DNA of 64,000 bases, taken from NCBI RefSeq assembly GCF_009914755.1, contig NC_060927.1. The stretch is one strand, 5' to 3'. This DNA is from the human T2T-CHM13v2.0 reference genome, Homo sapiens. Position numbers and translations under genes: made by a program. The notes beneath the pieces are model-generated. The model saw only the letters and a program-made list of their open reading frames with translations, did no database searches and was not told the origin of the DNA. Below, piece after piece: positions 24,669 through 42,054 of the stretch. Positions within the stretch are counted from its first letter, which is position 1. Every line of letters starts with the position of its first letter.

Positions 24669-26765
24669 TCTCAAAGGAGAAGTGAGTGATTAGAAAGAGA
24701 ATCAGACCAAGCAGATGGGAGCAGGGTAACATCTGCTCCTTACCATGTGGGCCCTGGGCTGACCGGAAACAGCATAAGGAGGCCAAAGTGGAGCCAGGAT
24801 GGGGTCGGTTATGGTCCCCAGCCCTAGAACACTCAGCTCTGGGATTCCGGGGAAGGCCTCATACCCCAGGGCTCATTTACCAAATACCACAAAATTAAAC
24901 CAGCTATCCCTGTAGAGACCAGAGGGCTGACTACAGAATTCTTGATTCTGACCAAAGAAAAAGCTTGAAATTAAAAAAAAAAAAAAAGCTTAGCGAGTTT
25001 GAAGCCTGCATTCTAAACAGAAACCAATAAAGAATGCAGAAATGGAGCAGCAGATGCTGGCTGGTCGCAGTGGCTCACACCTGTAATCCCAGCACTTTGG
25101 GAGGCCAATCAGGGCGGATCGCTTGAGGTCAGGAGTTCGAGACCAGCCTGGCCAACACGGTGAAACCCCATCTCTACTAAAAATACAAAAATTAGTCGGG
25201 CGTGGTGGCAAGTGCCTATAGTCTCAGCTACTCGGGAGGCTGAGGCAGGCAAAGGTTGTAGTGAGCCAAGATCACGCCTCTGCACTCCAGCCTGGGCGAC
25301 AGAGCAAGATTCCATCTAAAAAAACAAAACAACAACAACAACAAAAAAAACAGAATGCAGAAATTGTTTTCAGGGGAAATTGTTCTTTTTTGCCGTTGTT
25401 GCAGTACGGCACGCTTAGGCAAGGTGCCTCATCCTAGCCATGTGTACCAATAGGGCACCCAGACTTGCTCACTCTGTAGCTTCAAGCAGAGGTGTTGGGG
25501 AGGCCTGTGTTCTTGCTGCTGCCTGAGTGAGCTATAGATTTCCCAGTTCTAGTCATGGGAATTCCCCCATTTTCTCTACCTGGGATTAAGTAACCTCTGC
25601 ATTGCAACGGTTCTTACTAATCACCTTCAGAGGAGGAGGCTCCTAGCAAGATGCTCTTTTCCCTCCAGAATTATTTGTGTCCTTTTTTGGGTGATGTTCT
25701 GGCCTCCTTGCAAAGGAGGTTCTCAGCTCATGGAACAGGTTCAGAGCACAGCCTATCCAGTATGCAAAAAGGACAGCGCCCCGCCCCCCGCAACAACCGC
25801 CCTCCACTTCCCCAGACTGTAGAACCATCTACCTGCTGGGTACCTCCTGGGGTCGCTGTGCCAGCTTCTGCCCAGTAAATGGCAATTTGGAATTCGCAAT
25901 CAAATAGAATGTCTGAGAAGAGAGACAGGCTGGAAGTGCAACCGTCGTATCAGGGACTATTGCTGTTGTCACGATCACTCAGCTGATGAAATGGTTAGGA
26001 ACAGTTTAGGAATATCTGTCACATTTAATGATCTACTGTCAAGCTTTGATTCCACTTTCAGCAGACATCTCTCGTCCAAGTTGTAAAAGCTCAATATTGA
26101 TTTCAGCTCGTTAATGGGCCCCTGGAGCCTTTATCACAGAACAAGTCCTAGAATCAAATTGGCAGGAATGAGCTCTTAATAAGGAAATTTCTAATCCCAA
26201 ACGGCATAACACAGAGCAGTACCCTGGCCCCCTCTTTTTAACTTAAGTTGGCACAGCTTCTAGACAACCTGGGCCTGGGTCCTTCTGCCACGCCAGCAGC
26301 AAGATGACCTGATGCCCTGGTCCTATCCACTTTCCCAGAGACTCTTGACAAACCTGTAAACTTGCTGGCCAATTTCTGCCAAGGACAGAATGACAGTGTA
26401 AAACATCTCCATTGAACACATTGGTTCACTTACCTAGAGTGGCATTTTCGTATAAATACAAACAGCAGGGCATATGGTAGGAAAAGAAAACACTTTAGAG
26501 TCAGAGGGACATGCATTTGAAACTCAGCTAAGTCACTTACTAGCTGTGTTTGGGCAGTTTCTTAAGCTGCCTATGCTGAAGTTTCTCTATCTATGGAAAA
26601 GAAACAGCAACAAAGCGTCCGAAGGATAGGGCTTCTGTGAAGAAAAAAATCTGTGGAGGAAGGAACCTCAAGTCTGGGCAAATTAATAATAAGTTAATAA
26701 TGGGGCTGGGCATGGCGGCTTATGCCTGTAATCCCAGCACTTTGAGAGGCAGAGGCAGGAGTTCA

Positions 26766-27098
<333 letters not shown>

Positions 27099-27127
27099 TC
27101 ACCACCTACACATGTTGGTATGTTACC

Positions 27128-28198
27128 TGTTGCGGGAAGTCAGGGACCCCGAACGGAGGGACCGGCTGAAGCCATGGCAGAAGAACCTGGATTGTGAAGA
27201 TTTCACGGACATTTATTAGTTCCCCAAATTAATACTTTTATAATTTCTTATGCCTGTCTTTACTGCAATCTCTAAACATAAATTGTAAAGATTTCATGGA
27301 CACTTATCACTTCCCCAGTCAATACCCTTGTGATTTCCTATGCCTGTCTTTACTTTAATCTCTTAATCCTGTCAGCTGAGGAGGATGTATGTTGCCTCAG
27401 AACCTTGTGATAATTGCATTAACTGCACAAATTGTAGAGCATGTCTGTTTAAATGATATGAAATCTGGGCACCTTGAAAAAAGAACAGGATAACAGCAAT
27501 TGTTCAGGGAATACGAGAGATAACCTTAAACTCTGACCACCGATGAGCCGGGTGGAACAGAGCCATATTTCTCTTCTTTCAAAAGCAAATGGGAGAAATA
27601 TCACTGAATTCTTTTTCTCAGCAAGGAAGATCCCTGGGAAAGAGAATACGCGCCTGGGGGTATAGGCCTATAAACGGCCCCCCTAGGTGTGCCTGTCTCT
27701 TATGGTCGAGGCTATAGGGGTGAAATAGACCCCAGTCTCCCATAGCACTCCCAGGCTTATTAGGAAGAGGAAATTCCCGCCTAATAAATTTTTGGTCAGA
27801 CCAGTTGCTCTCAAAACCCTGTCTCCTGATAAGATGTTATCAATGACCATGGTGCCCGAAACTTCATTAGCAATTTTAATTTTGCCCCAGTCCTGTGGTC
27901 CTGTGATCTTGCCCTGCCTCCACTTGCCTTGTGATATTCCATTACCTTGTAAAGTACTTGATGTCTGTGACCCACACCTATTTGCACATTCCCTCCCCTT
28001 TTGAAAATCCCTAATAAAAACTTGCTGGTTTTTGCGGCTTGTGGGGCATCACGGAACCCACCGACACGTGATGTCTCCCCCAGACGCCCAGCTTTAAAAT
28101 TTCTCTCTTTTGTACTCGTCCCTTTATTTCTCAAGCTGGCCGACGCTTAGGAAAAACAGAAAAGAACCTACGTGACTATCGGGACAGATTCCCCGATA
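27128..28198 (+). mobile_element. MER11 (MER11C-like, HERV-K11/HML-8) solo LTR
   Basis: TGTTGCGGGAAGTCAGGGACCCCGAACGGAGGG...TTCCCCGATA, 1071 bp, 6-bp TSD GTTACC (27122-27127 / 28199-28204). Confidence 0.92.
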
Positions 28199-29365
<1,167 letters not shown>

Positions 29366-29689
29366 CATCTGTCATCTAGGATCTGCAAGGCTCCGTCAAC
29401 AATACAGAGCACCATTGTACCGAATGACACCGTGGGCACAAAGCCCTCAGCACACAGCAAGCCTGGGCAAAGAGCAGGTGTCCTCATGTTATTGTCCAGC
29501 TCACGTCAAAAATCTGCTCGGAAAGCTATCTCAAGCTGGATCACCAGAGAGCTATCATCTTCAACTATGCTCGAGACCAACCTGGGCAATATGGTGAAAC
29601 TGCATCTCTGCAAAAAAACAAAGCAACAACAACAACAAAAACTACGAAAATTAGCCAGGCATGGGGGCTCATGCCTGTAGTCCTAGCTA

Positions 29690-29875
<186 letters not shown>

Positions 29876-29878
29876 TCA

Positions 29879-30115
<237 letters not shown>

Positions 30116-31067
30116 TTAAAAATAAATAATTATTTATATAAACTTCAACTGTGTTATTTTGGCTGACTGTAGGAATGAAAGGAATTTTATCTCTTAAAAG
30201 GAATTGAGATAAGAAGCAGCTGCCATCTTGAAGAATATTTCTGCATCTTTTAAAAACTCCTGCTTAAATCACTGCCACTACATGGTCCACTGGCCCACAA
30301 AAGAATATTGTGAATGATGATCCTTGTCATAACTTATAGGCATGTGATAAGCCAAAGCTTTCCTGATACAGGCATGCTTCCTTTTATTACATAATAACTC
30401 ATAATTAATCGAGATTTCCTTTTTTCCCTTCACTCCAATGAAATTCAGACTCGAGTTTTATGTACATATGTGGCAACTGTTCTTGATTTGACTTATTTTT
30501 ATAACTTTCTTCCTCTCTCCTTATTTGGCACTTGTTTTCTTAACCTTGCTATAAAATGAAAGAAGCAAGCAAGGCATTTCTGCTAGAAACCAGTTTTAAG
30601 GAGATAATACAAAATGCAGACCAAGCCTAAGGCACATAAATTGCAAATGACCTAAATGTTCACCAACAAGGGTTAAAATTGCAAAACATCCATTTGGTGG
30701 AACATTATGCAGCCATTAAGAATGATGTAGATGCCCAGTGTGGTGGCTCACACCTGCAATCCCAGCACTTTGGGAGGCCTAGGCGGGCGATCACCCGAGG
30801 TCAGGAGTTCGAGACCAGCCTGGCCAACATGGTGAAACCCCGTCTTTACTAAAAATACAAAAAAAAAAAAAATTAGCCAGGCATGGTGGCACACCTGTAG
30901 TCCCAGCTGTGTAGGAGGCTGAGGCAGAAGAATCGCTTGAACGTGGGAGACAGAGGTTGTGGTGAGCCGAGATCACACCACTGCACTCCAGCCTGGGAGA
31001 CAGAACAAGACTCTGTTTCAAAAAAACAACAACAAAAACAAAACAACAAAAAACAGAATGATGTGGA

Positions 31068-31248
31068 GCAGTGGTTTTCAAAGCATGGTCCCTGGACTCA
31101 CAGCATCAGCACCACCTGGGAGCTTGTTAGAAAGGCAAATTCTCAGCCCACCCTAGACAGATAATGTCTGGAGGAAGAGTCCAGCAGTGTCTGCTTTCAC
31201 AAGCCGTCCAGGTGATTCTGATGTACCTGGAAGTTTGAGAACCACTGC
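31068..31248. mobile_element. MER5A MITE
   Basis: CAGTGGTTTTCAAAG...AAGTTTGAGAACCACTG inverted termini. Confidence 0.8.
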
Positions 31249-31403
31249 TATAGAAGAATCTGAATATTAAGTGCAATGAAGGATTCAGAATGATATATTC
31301 AGCAGAATTGCAACTATGTAAACTATATGTGTGCAAAAAAAGATTGGAGAGTGGTGGATTATCATGTCTGCAAAGGTTATCTCTGAACAACAGAGAACTT
31401 TAA

Positions 31404-31789
<386 letters not shown>

Positions 31790-31902
31790 TAAGTGACTGA
31801 TAGCTGGCAGGTTGGCAGAAGCTATAGCAGATGGCTGTGCTGGCAGGAAGGATGCTTTCTGCAGGCACTGGGTTGGGTGTGGGGCTGCGTAGGGCCACCT
31901 AC

Positions 31903-32089
31903 CTTGCTCACGGGATAGCTGCACACACGGGTGGAGGTCACACACTGGCGCACGGCACCCATGGCCATGACGCTGCTGAGGCGCTGCACGTCATGGAGGA
32001 CAGCATGGTGTAAGGCAGTCGCTTGCGGTCTTCATAGCAGACAACCGGGGCAGCACCCAGCACCTCGTCCAGCTCCAGCTGCACCGTCT
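31903..32089 (-). pseudogene. CYP2AB1P: CYP2AB1P exon 7 (K-helix) with mutated acceptor and 1-nt frameshift
   Basis: ETVQLELDEVLGAAPVVCYEDRKRLPYT / AVLHDVQRLSSVMAMGAVRQCVTSTRVCSYPVSK|GTAGGT; 187 nt versus the usual 188. Confidence 0.9.
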
Positions 32090-33176
32090 CCGCAGGTGGC
32101 TTAGTGTGGGTCTGGGGAGGGTTCCTGTGCCCTGGCACCCCCATCCTCCCTCACCGCCTCCGTCCCCACCCAGGACACTGCTGCCGAGGCTTGCGGCCCT
32201 TGGGTCACCCCAAACCACCCTGTCACCCCTGGTCTCACAGGAGCAGACCCTTCTCTGAGGCAGAGCTTGCTTCTTATGAACAAGGTTTTGTAGGGTTTCC
32301 TCCTCCAGGGGGCACTGGAGGGAAGAGAGAGCACCCAGATTTGAGAACCTGCTATGTGTCAGGTGCTCTATATGAACAGCATTATGGCCGGGGGCAGTGG
32401 CTCACACCTGTAATCCCAGCACTTTGGGAGGCCAAGGCAGGTGGATCACCTGAGGTCAGAAGTTAGAGACCAGCCTGGCCAACGTGGTGAAACCCCATCT
32501 CTACTAAAAATACAAAAAAATTAGCGGCTTGTGGGGCTTGTGGTGGTGCGCCTGTAATTCCAGCTACTCAGGAGGCTGAGGCAGGAGAATCACTTGAACC
32601 CAGGAGGCAGAGGTTGCAGTGAGCCAAGACTGTGCCACTGCCCTCCAGCCTGGGTGACAGAGTGAGATACCGTCTAAAAAAAAAAGCATTATGGAGGAGG
32701 GACTGTTGTCTCCATTTTACAGATGGAGAAACTGAGGCTCTAACAGGACAGGTACTTTTGCCCAAGGTCACGAAACTTGTGGCACCAGATTTGAATTCAG
32801 GTCATAGTCAGTTTGTCCTTGAGAGAAATCCAGCTACATTTTCCCCTCCACAGTTGTGATCTTGAGGTGGACATCGGCACAGGGCCTGGCACTTAGTAGG
32901 TGCTGAATCATTACTGAATGAGTAGAATAGTGTTGTCCATTGTACACTGGGTCTGAGAGGTGGAATGACTTGCCCAGCATTACGCAGTAAGCAGCAGGGT
33001 GGGAACTGAAGCCCCTCCTGTCTGACTCGAAGCCATGAACACTTCCTGTACCACAGTGGCGAGAGCAGGACCCACCCCTGGGGCCACAGAGCAAGGAGAG
33101 TGATGGAGGCAATGCCCATGGCCCAGAAGCCCCATGCATGGGGCAGTCAGCCAGAGTGTGACCAAGGGCCTGTCAC

Positions 33177-33318
33177 CCTGGACAGCTCCGTGCTGGATCA
33201 TGTGGATGAGTGCCCAGCACAGGGTGGTGGCTGTGGTGTCGGTGCCTCCCAGAAACAGGTCGATCACCACCTAGACCAGGTTCTCCTGGTTGAATGTGGA
33301 GACAGGGTCATCCATGGC
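33177..33318 (-). pseudogene. CYP2AB1P: CYP2AB1P exon 6 (I-helix) with in-frame TAG
   Basis: AMDDPVSTFNQENLV*VVIDLFLGGTDTTATTLCWALIHMIQHGAVQ G|GTGACA; 142 nt. Confidence 0.92.
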
Positions 33319-33750
33319 CTGGCGAGTCGGGGGTGGGCGAGTGGGGGGCGCAGCTCCAGGTCTAAAATTCTCTCCTGACAGAGCCCTGGGGTTTCCTTGA
33401 AGCCTGATCTGAGACCTGTGCGGCCAGAACTTGAGGTTCCAACCCCTTGAGAGGGCCTGATTCTCAGGACTGCATTGATGTTGGTGGGTGGCTGCCCTGG
33501 TGTTCTGGCCCTGACATCAGCCAGGTCTTCTGCTTCCCACCCTACCCATGTCTGTAGAAGCCAGCCCTGCCCTGGGAAAAAGTAGGGAGGAAAACCCTGT
33601 TTTAACTCACATTTTCAGCGTGCTTTGGAAGCTCGTAGATAGAGTCAAAGATGAGAAACTGAGACCATGGCTTAGAAAGGAGGTGCTCAGAAACGAGGTG
33701 CAGCCCAAAAAGATGGCCCCTCCTTTCCTGAGCAGCTGTTCCAGGCTCAC

Positions 33751-33924
33751 CTTGGAGATCTGGGCCAGGTAGCAGCTGATGAAGTCCCTGGGGGCCTCCG
33801 GTGCCCTGAGTTTGTGCCTGGTGATCTCCTGGTGGATTAAGCTCAGCACGACCTCTTGGTACCTAAATATCTCCTGGTGGGGTCCTGGGAGGTGGCAGAG
33901 GGCCCAGGGAAACACGTCATACAG
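33751..33924 (-). pseudogene. CYP2AB1P: CYP2AB1P exon 5
   Basis: LYDVFPWALCHLPGPHQEIFRYQEVVLSLIHQEITRHKLRAPEAPRDFISCYLAQISK|GTGAGC; 174 nt. Confidence 0.9.
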
Positions 33925-34351
33925 CTGTGGAGAGAGACGCCCACCCAGGGCCTACTCAGGAGCCAGCCTCTGAGTCGGGGGGCTCCAAAGTGGGCTGGAG
34001 CCTTTGACTTGAGTAACCCAGGGCTGCCTCTCATCTGGAGACTCCCCAAATAATTTAGACAGAAATGAGAGCTGTGGTCAGAGCAGCTGTGCTTAGGGCT
34101 TCGCTGGGATGTTGCAGGTCCAGAAAGCTGTATGTCCTAGGATATAACCAGCCTCTGATTCCTTGCCCATGCATTCATGCTGAACCACAACAAAGGTTTG
34201 ATGCTCTGAATGTGTCAGCTCACCAGGCAGAAGCCACGGTCTCCCTCCTGCCCACCTTGCACCCTCCCTGCCAGGCCCTGGCTGAGGCCCCTGCCTGCCT
34301 CGGGCCCCTAAGGTAATGGCCTGCACACCTGCCTCCCCAAATGCCAATTAC

Positions 34352-34512
34352 CCGGCGCCACACAGTGCTGACAAAGGCCAGGCCAAAGTCGATGGCTTGA
34401 GTCAGTTCCTGGAAGATGGGATCCTCTAAGAGGAAGTGGTGGCCAAACACAAGGGCCCCGATGACTCTGACTGTGGACCTGACAATGGATACCTGAGGGT
34501 CGAAGGGTCTAC
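34352..34512 (-). pseudogene. CYP2AB1P: CYP2AB1P exon 4
   Basis: [54 protein letters not shown]|GTAATT; 161 nt. Confidence 0.9.
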
Positions 34513-34631
34513 CTGAGGGTAGAGGGGCAGGGCTCAGGACGAGGAGGCACGAGAAGCACTACCCTGAGCACCCATCTGATCTCGTATCTAGTCGCTCATT
34601 TACTAACTCAGTCCTCCATTCCCATTCCTCA

Positions 34632-34985
<354 letters not shown>

Positions 34986-35270
34986 TTACCAAGCACCTTC
35001 TACGAGCCAGGTCAGAGAGAGGCATGGGAGACAGACAACAATTTGAATGACAACAGAATAACAACAGAATGTGGGGCAGGTATGGCACAGCAGGGAATAA
35101 AAAAGGTTTGGGGGCCTGGCATTCAGGAGGATTTCTCAGGGCAGGTGACCGCAGCTGGTCTGGAGGAAGGAACAGTGGTTTCTCATGGGGAGGGAAGGGA
35201 CATGGGCTGGGGCGTTCTGGAAGGGGAAATGCATATGCCAATGGCTGGAGGTGTGAGACGCCTGGGATGA

Positions 35271-35481
<211 letters not shown>

Positions 35482-35855
35482 TAGTAGAGACAGGGTTTCA
35501 CCAGGTTGGCCAGGCGGCTCCCAAACCCCTGACCTCAGGTGATCCGCTCGCCTCAGCCTCTCAAAGTGCTGGGATTACAGAGGGGAGCCACCGTGCCCGG
35601 CTGCCTTGGATGTTGATGGAAAATCCCCAGCTATCAAGGAGGGCTGTGGCTTTCCAGTGACCTTGGCCATTCCTGGACCTCTGTCTACCCACCTTGGAGA
35701 AACTCCCACTCAATGGAGCTTAAAACGGCTGTTAACGTTCTGAGGCTTAATGGACACACACACGCCTATGCAGTGAAGCTCGCCTGTTCTGCAGGGGTGT
35801 GCGCGTGCGTGGGGAGAGGGGGTGAGGGTAGGCCTGCCGCCAGCCTGCTACTTAC

Positions 35856-36005
35856 CCTGCTCCTGGCGGAAGGCTTCTGCCAGCTCTGCTGCCTCTTTCT
35901 GCAGCTGCACCTCCAGCGCCAGCTTGCCTAGGCCCAGCCCTCAAATCATCACCAGGCAGAAGCGTCTCTTTTGCCGCCACGTGTGCCCGCTGCTGCAGAT
36001 GATGC
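35856..36005 (-). pseudogene. CYP2AB1P: CYP2AB1P exon 3 with in-frame TGA
   Basis: GIICSSGHTWRQKRRFCLVMI*GLGLGKLALEVQLQKEAAELAEAFRQEQ G|GTAAGT; 150 nt. Confidence 0.92.
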
Positions 36006-36398
36006 CTGGGTCCGGGGTGGGGTGGGGTGGACAGTCGCCAGCCCCTCCCAGCCTCCCAGGCCAAGACCACTTGGCTCTCACCTGGGCCAGGCCTGGAGGG
36101 CAGACCCCAAAATCACCTCTGGGAAGATGCTGTGTCCCAGGGCTGAGGGGCATTTGAGGGAGTGGTCAGTGAGCTTGGTGCCCTCAAGGTGGTCTCAGCT
36201 ATGCCCTCCCCCAGCCCACCAACCTGATTTTTCCTTTAAAAGTCCCCACAAGAAATGGAAGAGGAGATAAACAATGGGGGCTGGGCGCAGTGGCTGACAC
36301 CTATAATCCCAGCACTTTGGGAGGCCAAGGCGAGTGGATCACCTGAGGTCAGGAGATCGAGAACATCCTGCCAATATGGTGAAATCCCATTTCTACTA

Positions 36399-36686
<288 letters not shown>

Positions 36687-36991
36687 TTAATCCCCTCCCC
36701 ACATTCTCAGGATATAAAGCCATCATTATCCCCATCTACACAGGAGCCCACTGAGGGGCAGAGAGTGAGGCCGACTTGTCCGGGGTCCCAGAGCTGGCCA
36801 GGGCTTGGGTTGAGACTTGAATCCAGGTCTTTCAACTCCCAGAGCTGGTTCCTTGTCATCCCACCCCCACCCCTCACGCAGGTCCTCCTGGGCAGTCCCC
36901 TCTCTGTTAACAGCTCTGAGCCATCCCCAACTCCCTGAGTGTAGTGACCATCTAGCCGCCTCCCCCTCCCCAGCAGGAGGGGCAGCCCTGC

Positions 36992-37145
36992 CTCGTTCTC
37001 CAAACAGGTCCTGGAAGAACGGGGTGAGGGACCTGCCGGAGAACTGCTCCGAGTTGGAGACCAGTGCTTCCTTCACCACCTGGAAGCCACTCAGCACCGC
37101 AACGGGGATCGGGCCCACCCACACGGTGAACACACTCTGCGCCAG
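36992..37145 (-). pseudogene. CYP2AB1P: CYP2AB1P exon 2
   Basis: cacAG|LAQSVFTVWVGPIPVAVLSGFQVVKEALVSNSEQFSGRSLTPFFQDLFGER G|GCAGGG (GC donor). Confidence 0.88.
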
Positions 37146-37516
37146 CTGTGGAGAGATGGGGGACACTTACTGCAGGAGCACCTTCTCAGAGTGCCTCCAG
37201 CCCCGTTCCCCAGGCAAGCCAAGCCCTGGGTCACAGGTCCCCTGTGCACTTGGAATAGTCAGGGCCCATTAATCCTGGGAGGTGGAATGTTCTACCCATT
37301 TTACAGATGATATTAAATAACCAGTTTCTCAAGGGCTTGGTGTCCTACGTGGGCTTTACATATTTTGCTTGAGTCCACCCTCAGTATAAGTGTGCAGGTA
37401 GGCAATTTATCTCCATTTTATGAGTTTAAAAAAAACAGAGGCCAGGCCGGGTGCAGTGGCTCACGCCTGTAATCCCAGCACTTGGGAGGCCGAGGCGGGT
37501 GGATCACCTGAGGTCA

Positions 37517-37988
<472 letters not shown>

Positions 37989-38483
37989 TCAATCCAACAG
38001 CGCCCTTCAGCTGAGGCTCCAGCTACCCTGGTGGTGGCTTTGTGCACAGATTCCTTGAGTAACGTCACTTGAATGTGCCCTTGTGGGGGTCCCATTCCCC
38101 CCAACTCCCATCTCAAGTGGCTTTTCAGAAAACTTCTTCCAGCCACACACAGTGCTCTCCTGGAGTTGAGCTCTGTTCAGTGGTTTTCGCCACCCTGTTC
38201 CATTGGCAGTGGACTTCTCCTGCACTCAGAATTTCTTAGATTAGACTTCTTAGATTCTGCACGAAGTCCACAATTTCTGCAATCCCCCTCCCACCCTGCA
38301 TTTGACAGGCGAGGAAACTGAGGCTCAAAGCCTCCCAGCTAATGAATGGTAAGACCAGGATTCACCCCACACGTGTCTGACCTCTGTTCCTTCTTTCTGT
38401 CTCCAGTGCCGCTGGTCTGAGAGAGAAGAGGGGTTCATCTGTCCACCCCTTTAGGGCCTCCAGCTTGAGCACAGGCTTCCTAC

Positions 38484-38654
38484 CTGGAGCAGTGTCTCTG
38501 GGTGCAGCTGAAAGCATAGCTGCCACAGGTTTCCAAGGATGGGGAAGGGGAGTGGGCCAGGAGGAAGACAGCTCCTGTCCCAGCAGAAGGTGCCAAGTTT
38601 CAGGAGCAGGAAGGAGATGGCCAGTAAAGCCAGCCCACTGAGCAGGGAGAGCAT
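38484..38654 (-). pseudogene. CYP2AB1P: CYP2AB1P exon 1 (membrane anchor and PPGP hinge)
   Basis: MLSLLSGLALLAISFLLLKLGTFCWDRSCLPPGPLPFPILGNLWQLCFQLHPETLLQ|GTAGGA. Confidence 0.92.
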
Positions 38655-39193
38655 CTCCCTGGTCCTGTGTCTCCTCTCCTCACTTTTGCTTCTCGGTCCC
38701 AAGGCTCTGACACACTGTGGCCACCACTCTCTCCCCGCTCTTCCAGGCGCCTGGCCTTGCTTTTATGCTGGTGCTCCCAGGCAGCGCTGTGGAGGGAGGC
38801 AAACCCAGGAGCCCTTCCCCAGTGGAGTAAATCCATTTGGTCACATCAGTCACACCCGGGCCATGCCACTCACCAGGGTGGCAAGGCTGTGGCCCGGGAC
38901 AGGTTGAGACACCTTCACTCCTATATCAGCATCATCCTCACCTCTGGCCCTCGGAGCTCATCCCTGGTGAGGCTCCTCACAGCCTCTTCATGGCAGGGTC
39001 AGCTGACTGCATGGCTCAGCTCAGGGAGGGACAAGGGGCAGGCAGCCGCTAGCAGTGGCAGTGTCTCCCATCAGGACATGCTCTTCCATCTCAACACGCC
39101 TGAGGCTGGGCTCCTACTCCTGCTCTCCTCCGCCCAGATGTGCAGCAGCCTTCCTGAGGTCTCTTCAGCTTGTGCTGAATCCCCATGTTTCTC

Positions 39194-39241
39194 TGTAGCC
39201 TTCTCTCTGTCTCTCTCTCCCCTTGCCCCTCTGCCTTCTCT

Positions 39242-39273
<32 letters not shown>

Positions 39274-39822
39274 GGTTCTTTCTCCTGCCTCAGCCTCCCG
39301 AGTACCAAGTGCTGGGATTACTGGCGCCCACCACCACGCCCAGCTAATTTTTGTAGTTTTAATAGACATGGAGTTTCACCATGTTGGCCAGGCTGGTTTT
39401 GAACTCCTGATCCGCCCACCTCAGCCTCCCAAAGTGCTGGGATTACAGGTGTGAGCCACCATGCCTGGCCTCTTTCTTTCTCCTTTGTTTTCTTTCTTTC
39501 TCTCCTTCTCTCTTTCTGTCTCTCTCTCTCCCATTCGTTTGTTCGTTCTTTTTCTTTCTTTCGTTCTTTCTTTCCTTCTTTCTTTCTTCCTTTTTCTTTC
39601 TCTCTTTTCTTTTTCTTTCTCCCTCTCTTTCTCTCTCTCTCTCTCATTCTTTCTTTCTTTCTTTCAACAGTGTCTCACTGTGTCACCCAGGCTGCAGTGC
39701 AGTGGCATGATCATAGCTCACTGTAACCTCAAATTCCTGGGCTCAACCAATCCTCCTGCCACAGCCTCCTGAGTCTCTGGGACTACAGCGGCACCACCAT
39801 ATTCAACTATGTAGCCTTCTCT
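39194..39822 (-). repeat. CT-rich homopyrimidine tracts interleaved with two partial antisense Alus
   Basis: (CT)n at about 39203-39272, (CTTT)n/(CT)n at about 39470-39665, Alu pieces at 39280-39470 and 39665-39805. Confidence 0.85.
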
Positions 39823-40183
39823 TAGGTTTCAACTATCTTGGAACCAGACTGCTGGAGTTTAAATCCCAGATCTATCTCTTACTGGTTTTGTGACCTTGGG
39901 CAATTATTTAGCTTCCTCTTGCCTCAGCTTCTTATTTGTACAATGGAGATAAGATCATTTTAGCAAATTGCATCATAGAGCTACTGTACCAATGCCCAGC
40001 AAGAGAATGATGTCACAGTCCAGTGGGGTACATTGAGGATAGTTTAATTAAGAGACTGTTTGCAGGCCTGGCGCAGTGGCTCACACCTGTAATCTCAGCA
40101 CTTTGGGAGGTAGAGGTGGGTAGATCACGAGGTCAGGTGATCGAGACCAGCCTGACCAACATGGTGAAACTCCGTCTCTACTA

Positions 40184-40630
<447 letters not shown>

Positions 40631-41609
40631 AGTCAAGGGACAGAGATATCAGAGGCCTGGAGCCCCTACCTGTTTGGAGAGGTTGTTAACAAGCGTCTGC
40701 AGTTCCCTCTGCTCAGAGCACCTCACCCCTGCATCTCCATCTCTAGAATTTCTACCTACCTTATCTCAGGTTGATGTGATGATAACAGTGCTTACCCCAC
40801 AGGGCTGCTGGGGGATAAGCTGAGCTGGTGTGAAAGTGCTATGGATTGTGCTATGGAAGTGCTATTTGTACTATGCTTGTGCAGATAGTAATACTGCTGC
40901 AATTTCCACAAACCCCTGCCTTCTGTTTCCAACAAATCACGTTCCTCCCTCCTCAAAATACTGCTGAAGAGACTGCAGGCCTCTGAAAGCTTCACTAGCT
41001 ACTCCGCCAATCTCTACTACCTCCAAACACACCAACCGTCTCCCACAGTGGCCCTTGCTTTGTTCTGGGCTGAGACTTGCCCTGTTATCACTGTGTTCGC
41101 CCCGCCTTGATTACACAGCATGAGCAGTTCAAGGGCAGGCGCCAGTTCTCACTTTCTTCGGGTTTACAGGCGTGAGCCACCGCACCCGGCCTGTAGCTGT
41201 TTCTTAAAGTTTATCATCCCAAAAGGAGATTTGCCTGCTCAACATTTCCAAGTGTGTTGAACTTTGACAAACTTCCTACCCTCCCTCCGTGCCCAAGGGT
41301 GACAGCATGCTGGCAGCTAAGGCTGGGACACGGTACTGGGAACAGAGACCACTCAGCACAACGGGCCAGGGTGCGATCAGATTCCAGGGTGGCAGGTCAC
41401 AGGAACACAGATTTGGAGTGGAGGCCCTGGGTGACCGGCCCCTCCTGCGCCCAGCCAAGGCCCTCCATGTCTGATTGTGAGCTGCGGCCTCCTCAGTGAG
41501 CAGGTGGAGGTGGGCCACACGGTCCCCCTTACAGGAGTTCCCATGCAGAGTGGCTGACCCTGTGGCAGCCCCTGTCCAAGTTGCACCTTCCCCCTCAGTG
41601 ATATCCTTA

Positions 41610-42054
<445 letters not shown>

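Noticed and set aside
38667-39347. 226-aa plus-strand ORF antisense to the CYP2AB1P promoter
   Set aside because: Runs into CT repeat and Alu; low complexity; no homology recognised.
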